A stretch of DNA of 64,000 nt, from contig NW_027251843.1 in NCBI RefSeq assembly GCF_044704955.1, positions 124,001 to 188,000 on the forward strand. Reading direction: 5' to 3'. The notes below the pieces were generated by a model. It made no database searches and was not told where the DNA came from. It saw only the letters and a list, made by a program, of their open reading frames with translations. The DNA is from Pristiophorus japonicus (taxonomy: Eukaryota). Positions within the stretch are counted from its first letter, which is position 1. Every line of letters begins with the position of its first letter. Positions 12,399-23,121 of the stretch are shown piece by piece. A program made the position numbers and the translations under genes.

Positions 12399-12406
12399 AG
12401 GGGGAA
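12399..12406 (+). promoter_or_regulatory. Polypurine tract
   Basis: AGGGGGAA immediately before the 3' LTR; same arrangement at 61914-61922. Confidence 0.8.
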
Positions 12407-13992
12407 TGTAGAATTTACCAATATCTCGCAAAGATTCCAGGTACCTTTCCCCTACAGAGGAGAAGAATCCCTTTCTGGGCTTTTAAAATGAGTTTAAAGG
12501 GGCAGACGAAGCCTGCGGGGGTTAAAAGGGGATGCATTCATGGAGACCCCCCCCCAGTGTTTGGACTCGTAGGAAAGGGAATTCAAAATGGACCTAAATT
12601 ACAGAAGCTTGAGATACCCTAAACATCTATGGGAAGGAGCATATCGATTTTAAGATTCTACAATATTTTGGCTGCGAAAAAGAGTTACCAAATACAGGAG
12701 GTGGGGCCAACGTCTGAAGCAAATTCATGTATTAAGGACCCCAGGCTATTCACCCTCTAAGAGATAATCGAATTACCCAATCAAGCACAATGGAAATCAT
12801 GGTCAGAAAAACTGGACAATCCTAAAACAATGCAAAACCAGTGATAGCACATTCTCACACCCTAATCGAGTTACTGCTGACAAAGGAGATATTTGAAAAT
12901 CAATGGACAGAACAGTTTAAACAGAGCCCAAGAGATTTGATGGGAGATAACGGAGCCTTTTTTTGGGATATATCTATCCCCCAGTTTTACAAGGAAAGCT
13001 AGCAGAACACAGAAGTAGCAGAACACAGGACTAGCAGAACACAGACTCGAAAGGAACACAGACTCGAAATGAACACAGACTCGAACAGGACACAGACTCG
13101 AACAGGACACAGACTCGAACAGGACACAGACTCGAAATGAACACAGACAGACACAAGCAGCCGGAGTGAAGAAATGGAGTCGTGAAGCAACCTACAAGAA
13201 ATCGTCAAGGACCGACCGAGCACGAGGCCCATGAAATGGAAGGTTGTCAGCAACCAAATTGACAAACCCGGGCCACCACAACCAGCAAAACGACCAACCA
13301 AAACCAACTCGGCAAAAACCGAAGAATCAACATTTATCTCCACTCTACAATCTACTTCTGAACAGCCAACGGGTGAGAAATTACCTAAAAGGACTAACTA
13401 AAACCAAAGAAAGTGGCTACTTATCCCATACATCCGAAACGCAAATTACCGCATCAACGGACGCACCCCAACTGAAGACTACGCAGTCCGAAGTCCTCTC
13501 CTCCGTCCGGGGTACAGCTCACCTAGGAGGCCAAGTGCAGCAAACCCCGAAACCACGATTCACCGGCAACTGTCTAAAGGGATTGGTGAGCATGGCCCCT
13601 GAACCCTCAGAGCTATAACTTAGTTAGTTAGGGGAATTGGGAGGGGGGAGGCTGGGATAACTTGTGTAAATGTATCTGCATTCTCCTCTTTACCCCATTT
13701 AGAGTTTAAGCGGTATTCTTTTCCCCACAGGCTGTAATTTGACATTTTATTCAATGTGTTGTACCCTTCAGTGTGTATTGATCTGTGTGTGTGTTATTAA
13801 AGGTGTGCCTTTTACTTCTTTTTAAACACAATAAAGCCATACCTGCTTCCTACCTTGAAACCGATTGTCTGTCCAAGTCTGTCACAGTCCCTTCATAATT
13901 CCAGTGTCTAGAACCAAGGGTGTGGGAGCGATTCGGGACCACTCATATAAGGTCAGAAGGGAAAGCTGACCCTTTGCAAATCACCCCTTACA
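12407..13992 (+). repeat. 3' LTR (1586 bp) of copy 1
   Basis: Direct repeat of 4356-5889 with an expanded internal ACACAGACTCGAA-type short repeat region. Confidence 0.95.
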
Positions 13993-14345
13993 AATTGTAG
14001 CCTCACCCTTGACCTCACCCCGGTGCTGGGCAGCAAGCTTTTAAATGCAATCTAGAAGCTTCTACACCGACACCCAACATGAAGCCTTGCTGAAGTATGT
14101 TGATATAAGTGTGCCGCAATGTTCCCTGATAAAGTTCTCCCGATCTGTGTGTGATCTGAGCTTTCTCACTGCTGAGCCTGTTTCCCCTGTATCCACCCAT
14201 CTACAGTTCGAGCTTCCTGCCAGTGAACAGCGTCTTAACGGGACACTCAGTCTTTACGAACTCTTACTGTTAACCATTTCAGTGCTGAATGTGCGGCAAC
14301 CCTGCACTGCAGATGTTTATACAACAGTCCAATATGATTTTCAGT

Positions 14346-14765
14346 ATCAGCCGTGGCTCAGTGCGTTGCACTCTCGCCTCTGAGTCAGAAGGTTGTGGGG
14401 TTAATTCCCAGTCCAGCAACTTGGGCATAAAAATCTAGGCTGACACTCCAGTGCAATGCTGAGGGAGCACTGCATTGTCGGAGGTGCCGTCTTTCAGATG
14501 AGACATTAAACTGAGTCCCCGTCTGCCCTCTCAGGTGGATGTAAAAGATCCCATGCCACTATTTTGAAGAAGAGCAGGGGAGTTCTCCCCAGTCTCCTGG
14601 TCAATATTTATCCTTCAACCAACATGACAAAAGAACAGATTATCAAGTCGTCATCACATCGCTGTTTGTGGGAGCTTGCTGTGCACATTTTGGCTGCCGT
14701 GTTTCCAACATTACAACAGTGACTACACTCCCAAAGTACTTCATTGTGTGTAAAGTGTTTTGATT
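14346..14765 (+). mobile_element. DeuSINE-type tRNA-derived SINE, near full length
   Basis: tRNA-like head (TGGCTCAGT...GAAGGTTGTGGGTT), Deu-like core and LINE-related 3' part. Confidence 0.8.
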
Positions 14766-14924
14766 TGTCACCCTTAACATCAAACGCATTTATATTTAGA
14801 CTAAACTTGTCAAGCCAAGCGAAGAAGATTAAGAATTAGTGTTGCTCACCTCTAATGGTTAATCACCAGACAGGAGTTCATTAACCCAGCTCTCCGTTAT
14901 CAGATGTGAATTATCCCCACAGTG

Positions 14925-14960
14925 ACACACACACACACACACACAGACACACACACAGAC
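14925..14960. repeat. (CA)n microsatellite
   Basis: Direct AC dinucleotide run with two AG interruptions. Confidence 0.9.
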
Positions 14961-14999
14961 TAATATACACCTATTAAACATCCTTCTCCTCCCTTTCAG

Positions 15000-15328
15000 G
15001 CTGAGGGAAGACACCACCCACGCTGACCCTGCTGCCCCCCTCCCCGGAGGAGGTCACGACCAAGGGCACTGCCACCCTGGTGTGCCTCGCCGATCACTTC
15101 TACCCCGATGCGGTGGAGGTGGAGTGGAAGAAGGACGGGGCGACCATTTCGGCCGGGGTCCAGACCAGCGACTACCTGCGAGCTTCGGACAACACCTACA
15201 GTGTCAGCAGCCTGCTGACCCTCTCTGGCTCCGACTGGGAGTCCAACGCCAGCTTCTCCTGCAGCCTCACCCACGAGAGTCTCTCCTCTCCCCTCAGCAA
15301 GGGAGTCAGGAGAGCAGAATGTGCGTAG
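15000..15328 (+). pseudogene. IGKC: Immunoglobulin light-chain constant exon, shark kappa-like (NS4/type III), with an in-frame stop at codon 2
   Basis: Polypyrimidine tract and CAG acceptor (AG 14998-14999). Phase-1 exon reads xGC-TGA-GKTPPTLTLLPPSPEEVTTKGTATLVCLADHFYPDAVEVEWKKDG...YSVSSLLTLSGSDWESNASFSCSLTHESLSSPLSKGVRRAECA*. C1-set Cys/Trp/Cys and the penultimate interchain Cys are present. Isotype assigned from remembered similarity to nurse shark NS4. Confidence 0.9.
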
Positions 15329-15487
15329 TGTGTCAGGGACAGTCCGCGGGGGAGACACAACTTTAAATAGAACAGGGGGTGAGCCGGGAGGGCAAAGGTC
15401 ATTGTCAGCACTGCATTTCTACTCTCTTCCTTCTCGGTACTGGGTCAGGGAAAGCATCTGAGGGTCAGGGGGTAAAGCACGTTATTG

Positions 15488-15630
15488 GGGCAGTGTCGAG
15501 GGAGCTTTACTCTGTATCTAACCCGTGCTGTACCTGCCCTGGGAGTGTTTGATGGGACAGTGTAGAGGGAGCTTTACTCTGTATCTAACCCATGCTGTAC
15601 CTGCCCTGGGAGGGTTTGATGGGACAGTGT
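15488..15630 (+). repeat. Two copies of a 67-bp tandem repeat within the putative IgL 3' UTR
   Basis: CAGTGT recurs at 15491, 15558 and 15625. Unit is GGGACAGTGTAGAGGGAGCTTTACTCTGTATCTAACCC...TGTTTGAT. Confidence 0.85.
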
Positions 15631-15920
15631 TGACTCGTGCTGCCAAGTAAAACCTCTCGAAGGTGCTGAGGACTGTCAACAGAGTAAAACTAATGTTAAG
15701 CTGCGAAGTGCCGCTTCAGTAAGCAGACCTCCTCCCTGCTCACCCTGCTGTTACAATTCAAGGTTTTGTCCCCGTTTAAAGGGACAGGATTCTCATCGTG
15801 TGGAGAAAATCCCCACAACTGTTTTAAAAAAGCTGCATTCTCCCTGTGAATGTCTCCAGCTCGCTCTCGCTGGGCTGTTTATTCAAGTTTTGTTTCTGTA
15901 AATGTGAATCTGTAAAAGAC

Positions 15921-15926
15921 AATAAA
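15921..15926 (+). terminator. Probable poly(A) signal of the IgL transcript
   Basis: First AATAAA I see after the C-exon stop, followed by a GT-rich tract (GTCTGTGTCTGG...GTGTTTT). Confidence 0.65.
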
Positions 15927-16433
15927 CGTTAAGAATATTCAGTCTGTGTCTGGCAAGTGTTTTGGAAATGTCCCACCTCCCCCTCAGCTGGATTGGCTGC
16001 ATTTCAGTAAGTGTCTGTCCTGATTGGCTGGGTGGGCTGTCAATCAATGGCACGTCAGCAGGAGATTTGAATCAAAGCCAATTATCAATCATTTTAAAAC
16101 GATCAATTTGACCTCGAACCCCTGGAGTGCACAAGATTAAACACAGAGACTCTAAAAGCTGCTGGGATTAAACCCTCCCAGTCTGAGCATTGGTTCTCAC
16201 TCTGCACACTGGGGGTGTTGGGGCAGCCCCCGATGGTGGGATCGCACTGTGCACTCAGTGCTGACTGCTGGGGGCAATCTGGGAGCAGGTGGCCCCAGTC
16301 ACAACGTTGCATTCTCTCTCCTTAACGTGTGGCACGTGGCAGCAGCACAAAACTGTACCGAGTGAGGCCTCAGCTTCGGGAGAGGAGCAGTCAGTGTATC
16401 ACCATGTACATGTCCCTGAGTATTAGTGTGGCT

Positions 16434-16589
16434 NNNNNNNNNNNNNNNNNNNNNNNNNNNNNNNNNNNNNNNNNNNNNNNNNNNNNNNNNNNNNNNNNNN
16501 NNNNNNNNNNNNNNNNNNNNNNNNNNNNNNNNNNNNNNNNNNNNNNNNNNNNNNNNNNNNNNNNNNNNNNNNNNNNNNNNNNNNNNNNN
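16434..16589. other. Assembly gap (156 N)
   Basis: Run of N. Confidence 1.
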
Positions 16590-16604
16590 GTAGATGTGTG
16601 TGTG

Positions 16605-17260
16605 CCACTTTCCAACATTATACTCCATCTGCCAACTTTTTTCCCACTCACTTTGTCTGTCTATATACATTTGCAGATTTTTTGTGCCCTCCTCACAACT
16701 TGCTTTCCCACCCATCTATGTATCGTCAGCAAACTTGGCTACATTGCACTCGATCCCTTCATCTACGTCATTAATGTAGATTGTAAATAATTGAGGACCC
16801 AGCACCGATCCTGCGGCAACCTACTAGTTACTGTTGGCCAACCGGAAAATGACCCATTTATCCTGAGTCTCTGTTTTCTGTGAGTTAGCCAATCCTCTAT
16901 CCATGCTAATATATTACCCCCAACCGCTTGAACTTTTATCTTGTGCCTTTTATCTTTTAAGGGGGCTGCACCTTATCGAATACCTTCTGGAAATCCAAAT
17001 ACACTACATCCACTGGTTCCCCTTTATCCACCCTGCTTGTTACATCCTCAAGAATTCCAGCAAATTTGTCAAACATGATTTCCCTTTCATAAAACCATGC
17101 TGACTCTGCTTGATTGAACTATGCTTTTCCAAATATCCTGCTACTGCTTCCTTAATAATGGACTCCAACATTTTCCCAATGACAGATGTTAGGCTAACTG
17201 GTCTATAGTTTCCTGCTTTCTGCCTGCCTCCTTTTTTAAATAGGGGCGTTACATTTGCTG
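16605..17260 (-). mobile_element. CR1 ORF2 RT fragment
   Basis: Same subfamily as 1-748; WQMEYNVGK and FADD-like segments on the minus strand. Confidence 0.8.
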
Positions 17261-17326
17261 TGCGTACTTTGGAGAGGGCGTTAAAAGGAGCGGTGACATC
17301 CAGAATACCAGATTTTGCCTCAATTC

Positions 17327-17720
17327 AACAACAACAACTTGTATTTATATAGCGCCTTTAACATAGTGAAACGTCCCAAGGCACTTCCCAGGAGTATTAT
17401 GAGATACAAAATTTGACACCGAGTCACATAAGAAGAAATTAGTGTAGGTGACCAAGGAGGTATGTTTTAAGGAGCGTCTTGAAGGAGGAAAGAGAGGTAG
17501 AGAGGCGGAGAGGTTTAGGGAGGGAGTTCCAGAGCTTGGGGTCTTGGCAACAGAAGGCACGGCCACCAATGTTTGAGTGATCATAATCCGGGATGCTCAG
17601 GAGGGCAGAATTAGAGGAGTGCAATCATCTCGGGGGGTTGTGGGGCTGGAGGAGATTACAGGGAAAGGGAGGGGCGAGGTCATGGATGGATTTGAAAACA
17701 AGGATGAGAATTTTAAAAAT
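17327..17720 (-). mobile_element. L2-clade LINE 3' end with (TTG)n tail
   Basis: GGRAF...PKLWNSLP...SFKTLLKTYL C-terminus and GGCGCTATATAAATACAAGTTGTTGTTG end on the minus strand. Confidence 0.8.
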
Positions 17721-17784
17721 CGACCCCCCACGAGCCATTCTCCCCTCCCCCCAGGACTAGGCTCCCATCTCCCCCCGCCCCCCC

Positions 17785-18175
17785 GCCATCGGCCCCTCGA
17801 GCCTGCTCCGCCATTCAATGAGATCATGGCTAATCTTCTACCTCAACTCCACTTTCCTGCACTGTCCCCATATCCCTTGATTCCCTTAATATCCGAAAAT
17901 CTATTGATATCCGTCTTGAATATACTCAAACACTGAGCATCCTCAGCCCTCTGGGGCAGAGAATTCCAGAGATTCACCACCCTCTGAGTGAAGAGTTTTC
18001 TCCTCATCTCAGTCCTAAATGGCCGACCCATTATTCTGAGACTGTGATTCCTGGTTCTAGACTCCCCAGCCACAGGAAACATCCTCCCTGCATCTACCCT
18101 GTCAAGCCCTGTCAGAACTTTGTATGTTTCAATGAGATCACCTCTTATTCTTCTCAACTCTAGAGAGTATAGGCC
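17785..18175 (-). mobile_element. CR1 3' fragment
   Basis: ORF 17843-18157: RRIRGDLIETYKVL...NLWNSLPQR. Confidence 0.85.
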
Positions 18176-18474
18176 TTGAAACTTGCGGAACCAAGGCGGG
18201 TAGATGGGGTTCAGATACAGATGAGCTGTGATCTGATTGAATGGCGGAACAGGCTCGAGGGGCTGAATGGCCTCCTCCTGTTCATTGTGTCCAGCAGCAG
18301 CTGTGTACCTCTCCGCAACCTCATCTTGACTTTTATCAGTCGCATCAGAGCCTTGATTCCCTCACCAGGAGGCTGGTGTTTCCAGATCAATGTCCAGCAG
18401 ATCGATGCCATGAGTCAGACTCAGTGAGTGCTGTCAGCGGGTGGAAAGGCTGCTCTAACTGCAGCCTTGTTCTA

Positions 18475-19250
18475 ATGCATTTGGGGAGGGGCAACAAGGC
18501 AAGGGAATACACAATAAATGTGAGGGTACTGAGAGGGGTGGAGGAACGGCGGGACCTTGGAGTGCAGGTCCACAGATCCCTGAAGGTAGCAGGCCAGGTC
18601 GATAAGGTGGTTAAAAAGGCATACGGAATACTTGCCTTTATTAGCCGAGGCATAGAATACAAGAGCAGGGAGGTTATGCTTGAACTGTAGAAATTACTAG
18701 TTTGACCACAGCTGGTGTACTGCATGCAGTCCTGGTCACCACATCACAGGAAAGATGTGATTGCACGAGAGACGGTACAGAGGAGATTCACGAGGATGTT
18801 ATCAGGACTGGAGAATTTTAGCTTTGAGGAAAGATTGGATCTGCTGGGCGTGTTTTCCGTGGAGGCTGAGGGGAGACCTTATTGAGGTATTTAAATTTAT
18901 GAGGGGCCTAGATAGAGTGGATAGAATGGACCCATTTCCCTTCGCAGAGGGGTCAACAACCAGGGGGCATAGAATTAAAGTAATTGGTGGAAGGGTTAGA
19001 GGAAGATGAGGAAACAATTCTTCACCCAGAGGGTGATGGGGGTCTGGAACTCACTGCCTGAAAGGGAGTAGAGGCAGAAATCCTCACCACATTTACAAAG
19101 AACTTGGATGTGCTCTTAAAGTGCTGTAACCCACAGGGCTACGGACCCAGAGCTGGAAAGTGGGATTCGGCTGGGTAGCTCTTTGTTGGCCGGCACAGAC
19201 ACGATGGACCAAAATGGCCTCCTTCCGTGCTGTAATTTTCTGTGATTCTA
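18475..19250 (+). mobile_element. CR1 3' fragment
   Basis: ERRDLGVQVHRSLK...KAYGILAFISRGIEYKS and RGDLIEVFK, ending in a TTCTGTGATTCTATGAT tail. Confidence 0.85.
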
Positions 19251-19686
19251 TGATCGTGCTGGTGGTGTTGACCACTTTAAAAGTCGCAGCATGCATTTTA
19301 TTGAAGCTATTTCCATCCCTGGTTTCCCCGCTGCCAATAATTGGATCAATCGATGATGTAGCGCCCCCTTGTGGTACATCTATATGGGCTCCACCCAAAC
19401 CCTTGCTTTCAATCCTTGAACCCACATTGCCTACGCTAGCTGGAGCCCCGCTCCTTAATCACAGCATCTCACAGCACAGAGGGAGGCCACTTGGCCCACC
19501 AAACCTGTGCTGGCTCTTTGAAAGTCTGGACTACTATAGCCTGGACTAATAATACAGAGACACGAGTTCAAATCCCACTACGGCAGCTGGGGAATTTAAA
19601 TTCAATTAATTACATAAATCTGGAATAAAAAGCTAGTGTCAGTAATGGTGACCATGAAACTGCCGGATTGTCGTAAAAACCCATCT

Positions 19687-22382
19687 ACCTGGCCTGCTAC
19701 CTTCAGGGATCTGTGGACATGTATACCAAGGTCCCTTTATTCCTCTACAACTCTCATTGTCCGACCATTTAATACCCTGTTCGCCCTCCCCAAATCCACT
19801 TCTCTGGATTGAATTCCATTCATTAATGTTCTCCCCACCTGACCAGTTGATTGATATTTTCCTGCTGTTTACAGGTTTCTTCTTCATTATCAGCCACACG
19901 GCCGATTTTGCTATCATCTGCAAACATCTTCATTATACCCCCTACATTCAAGTCTAAATCATTGATATATACCACAAAAAGCAAGGGATCTTGTACTGAG
20001 CCCTGCGGAACCCCACTGGAAACATCCTTCCAGTCACAAAAACACCCATCAACCATTACCCTTTGCTTCCTGCCTCTGAGCCAATTTTGGATCCAACTTG
20101 CCACTTTGCCCTGCATCCCATGGACTTGACTTTCGTGACCAGTCTGCCATATATCAAAAGCCTTGATAAAATCCATCTACACTACATCATATGCACTGTC
20201 CTCATGGACATTCCTTATTACAGCCTCGATGAATTCAATCAAGTTATTCAGATATGAGCTTCCCTGAACTAATCCATGCTGACTGTCCTTGATTAATCCG
20301 TGTCATTCCAAATGAAGATTTATCCTGTCTCTCAGAATTTTTTCCAATAATTTTCCGAGCACCAAGGTTACGCTGACTGGCCTGTAATTACTCGATCTAT
20401 CTCTTTCTCCCTTTTTAAACAAAGTTATAACATTAGCAGTCCTCCAGTCCTCTGGCACCACACCTGTAGTCAAAGAGGATTGGAAAATGTTGGTCAGAGC
20501 CTCTGCTATTTCTTCTTTTGCTTCTCTTAACAGCCTGGGATACATTTTATCCGGGCCTGGGGATTTGTCCACATTCAAAGCTGCTAAGCCCCTTAATACT
20601 TCCTCTCTTACTATGTTTATTTCATCTAATATTTCACACTCCTCCTCCCTGATTGCAATGTCTGCATCGCCCCTCTCTTTTGTGAAAACAGGCGCAAAGT
20701 ATTCCTTGAGAATCATACCCATGTCTTCTGCCTCCACACACAGATTACCTTTATGGTCTCTAATAGGCCCTACTCTTTCTTTAATTATCCTCCTGCTCTT
20801 AATGTATTTGAAAAACATCTTTGTGTTTTCCTTGATTTTACTTGCCAAAATGTTTTCATGCTCTCTCTTTGCTTTCCTAATTTCCTTTTTAATTGCACCC
20901 CTGCACTTTCTATACCCCTCTAAAGTTCCTGCAGTATTGAGCCCTCGGTATCTGTCATAAGCCTCCCTTTTTTACTTTATCCTACACTGTATATCCCTTG
21001 ACATCCAGGGGCCTCTAGATTTGTTAGTCCCACCCTTTTTCTTTAAGGGAACAGACTTACTCTGAAACCACAGGATTTCCTCCTTGAATGCCTCCCACTG
21101 CTCTGACACTGATTTACCTTCAAGTAGCCGTTTTCAGTCCACTTTGGCCAAATCTCATCTCAGCTCAGCAAAATTGGCTTTTCCCCAATTGAGAACTTTT
21201 ATTCCTGCTCTATCTTTGTCCTTTTCCATAACAATCGTAAATCTAACTGAATTATGATCACTAGCACCAAAATGCTCTCCCACTGATACCCCTTCCACCT
21301 GCCCCTCTTCATTCCCCAAAACCAAGTCCAGAACCATCCCATCCCTTGTTGGGCTTATTACATACTGGCTAAAAAAGTCCTCCCAAAAGCATTTTAGGAA
21401 TTCCGCACCCTCTATACCTTTCACACTAATTTTATCCCAGTTAATATTAGGGTAGTTGAAATCCCCTACTATTGCTGCCCTATAGTTTTTGCACTTGTCA
21501 CAAATGTGCCTACATATTTGCTCTTCTCTCTCCCTCTGACTGTTTGGGGGTCTATAGTACACTCCCAGCAGTGTGATTACCCCTTTTTCATTCTTCAATT
21601 CGACCTATATGGCCTCATTTGATGATCCTTCTGACATATCATCCCTCCTCACAGCTGTAATTGTTTCTTTCAATTGTTTCACAACTGCGACCCCCTCCTT
21701 TTTTATCCCACTCTCTATCCCGTCTGAAAACCCCGTAACCAGGAATGTTGAGCTGCCATACCTGCCCTTCTTTCAGCCATGTCTCAGTAATAGCTATAAT
21801 ATCGTACTCTCAAGTGTCTATCTGTGCTCTCAGCTCATCTGCCTTATTCCCTATACTCCATGCATTGAAGTATATACCATTTAGCACTGCCAAACTGCCT
21901 TGTTGTCTATTTTCTAGGCTTTGTTTCCTTGGTCTTCCAAATTCACTGTCTAGTTTTCTGCTTTCCAATTCCAGCTTTGCTTCTTTCCCCTCTGAATCTA
22001 TTCTCCGGTTCCCATCCCCCTGCCAAGCTAGTTTAAACCCTCCGCAACAGCACTACCAAAGCCCCGTGAGGATATTGGTCCCGGCTCTGTTGAGGTGCAA
22101 CCCATCCGGCTTGTACAGGCCCCACCTCCCTCAGAAATGGTCCCAATGTCTCAGGACACAAAAAACCCTCCCTCCTGCACCATCTCTACTGCCACGCATT
22201 CATCTGCTCTATTCTCCTATCTCTGTACTCACTAGCACGTGGCACCGGGAGTAATCCGGTGATTACTACCTTTGAGGTCTTGCTTTTTAATCTCTCTCCT
22301 AGCTCCCAAAACTCTGTTTGTAGGACCTCATCCCTCTTTCTACCTGTCATTGATACCGATATGGACCACAACCTCTGGTTGT
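19687..22382 (-). mobile_element. CR1 LINE, 3' arm (ORF1 end, ORF2 endonuclease and RT), split by the ERV insertion
   Basis: GVYYRPPN, VGDFNYPNINW, SDHNSVRF, SPGPD, VPQGSV and FADD motifs. Continues at 29477. Confidence 0.9.
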
Positions 22383-23091
22383 TGTCGAAATCTCGACCTC
22401 CGAAAAGAATGACTCCGACACTTACAGCTCCGGCAGAAGTTTCTTTAATTTACTTGCTAGCAAGGGGCAGGTCACACTCAGTCAAGGGCTAAATGAACAC
22501 CTCCGAAATGGTACAGTTTCACAAGATATTTATACAGTAAAACCCAAGTTATGGCCTCTCCCTGTGTATTGGCTCTGTCTCGTAGTCAGTGAATACAGAT
22601 AAAGAGTTAATTACTACATCCTTGTCCTGACATGGTTTCCAGATATTTCCTTTTGTCAGGGTTATTCGTTGGCCAGCCGGCCATTACTCCATGAGAGTGA
22701 GGTAATGAGCTATTACCTGTCTTGCATTGTGTCAGGATTGTTCAGTTTCCTAGTCAGTTTATCTGTTTGCATCAAATGGATGTGGTCTCTACAAGAGATA
22801 ATGGCTGGTGGTTTGAGTCTGGAAGAAAAGGGTGGGGTGACATGGAACTCTTGTCGTGTAGACAATAGAGCACCATGGGCGGGGTGGGGGGGGGGTACTT
22901 GTCTCAGCATGACTTGTCTCCTAGCTGTCTGATGGCCATCAGCCATCTCAAACCAGGTTTAGCTGCTTATGCAAGCTGACTGCTTTCATGCAGAAAGTTC
23001 TGGAAGGACCAGGACTCCATTTTGTTATATATATTGCAAAGGACACACAAATACCATATGGTATCAGCTTAGATAAAAATACATTTCCACA
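22383..23091 (-). repeat. ERV 3' LTR (709 bp)
   Basis: About 98% similar by eye to 28772-29476. PPT AGGACAAAATGGGGGAA on the minus strand at 23092-23108. Confidence 0.93.
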
Positions 23092-23121
23092 TTCCCCCAT
23101 TTTGTCCTTCACAAGGACAAC

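Larger units (their letters stand above)
4356..13992 (+). mobile_element. Env-less retrovirus-like LTR element with dual RNase H, copy 1 (full length, decayed)
   Basis: Paired LTRs TGTAG...TTACA. 4-bp TSD AATT (4352-4355 and 13993-13996). PBS, gag-pro-RT-RH-RH-IN order and PPT all present. Confidence 0.95.

Noticed and set aside
14346-14420. tRNA gene
   Set aside because: tRNA-like head continues directly into SINE body; no complete cloverleaf.
16252-16300. J segment after the CACTGTG heptamer
   Set aside because: No FGXG motif in any frame, and it lies downstream of the C exon.
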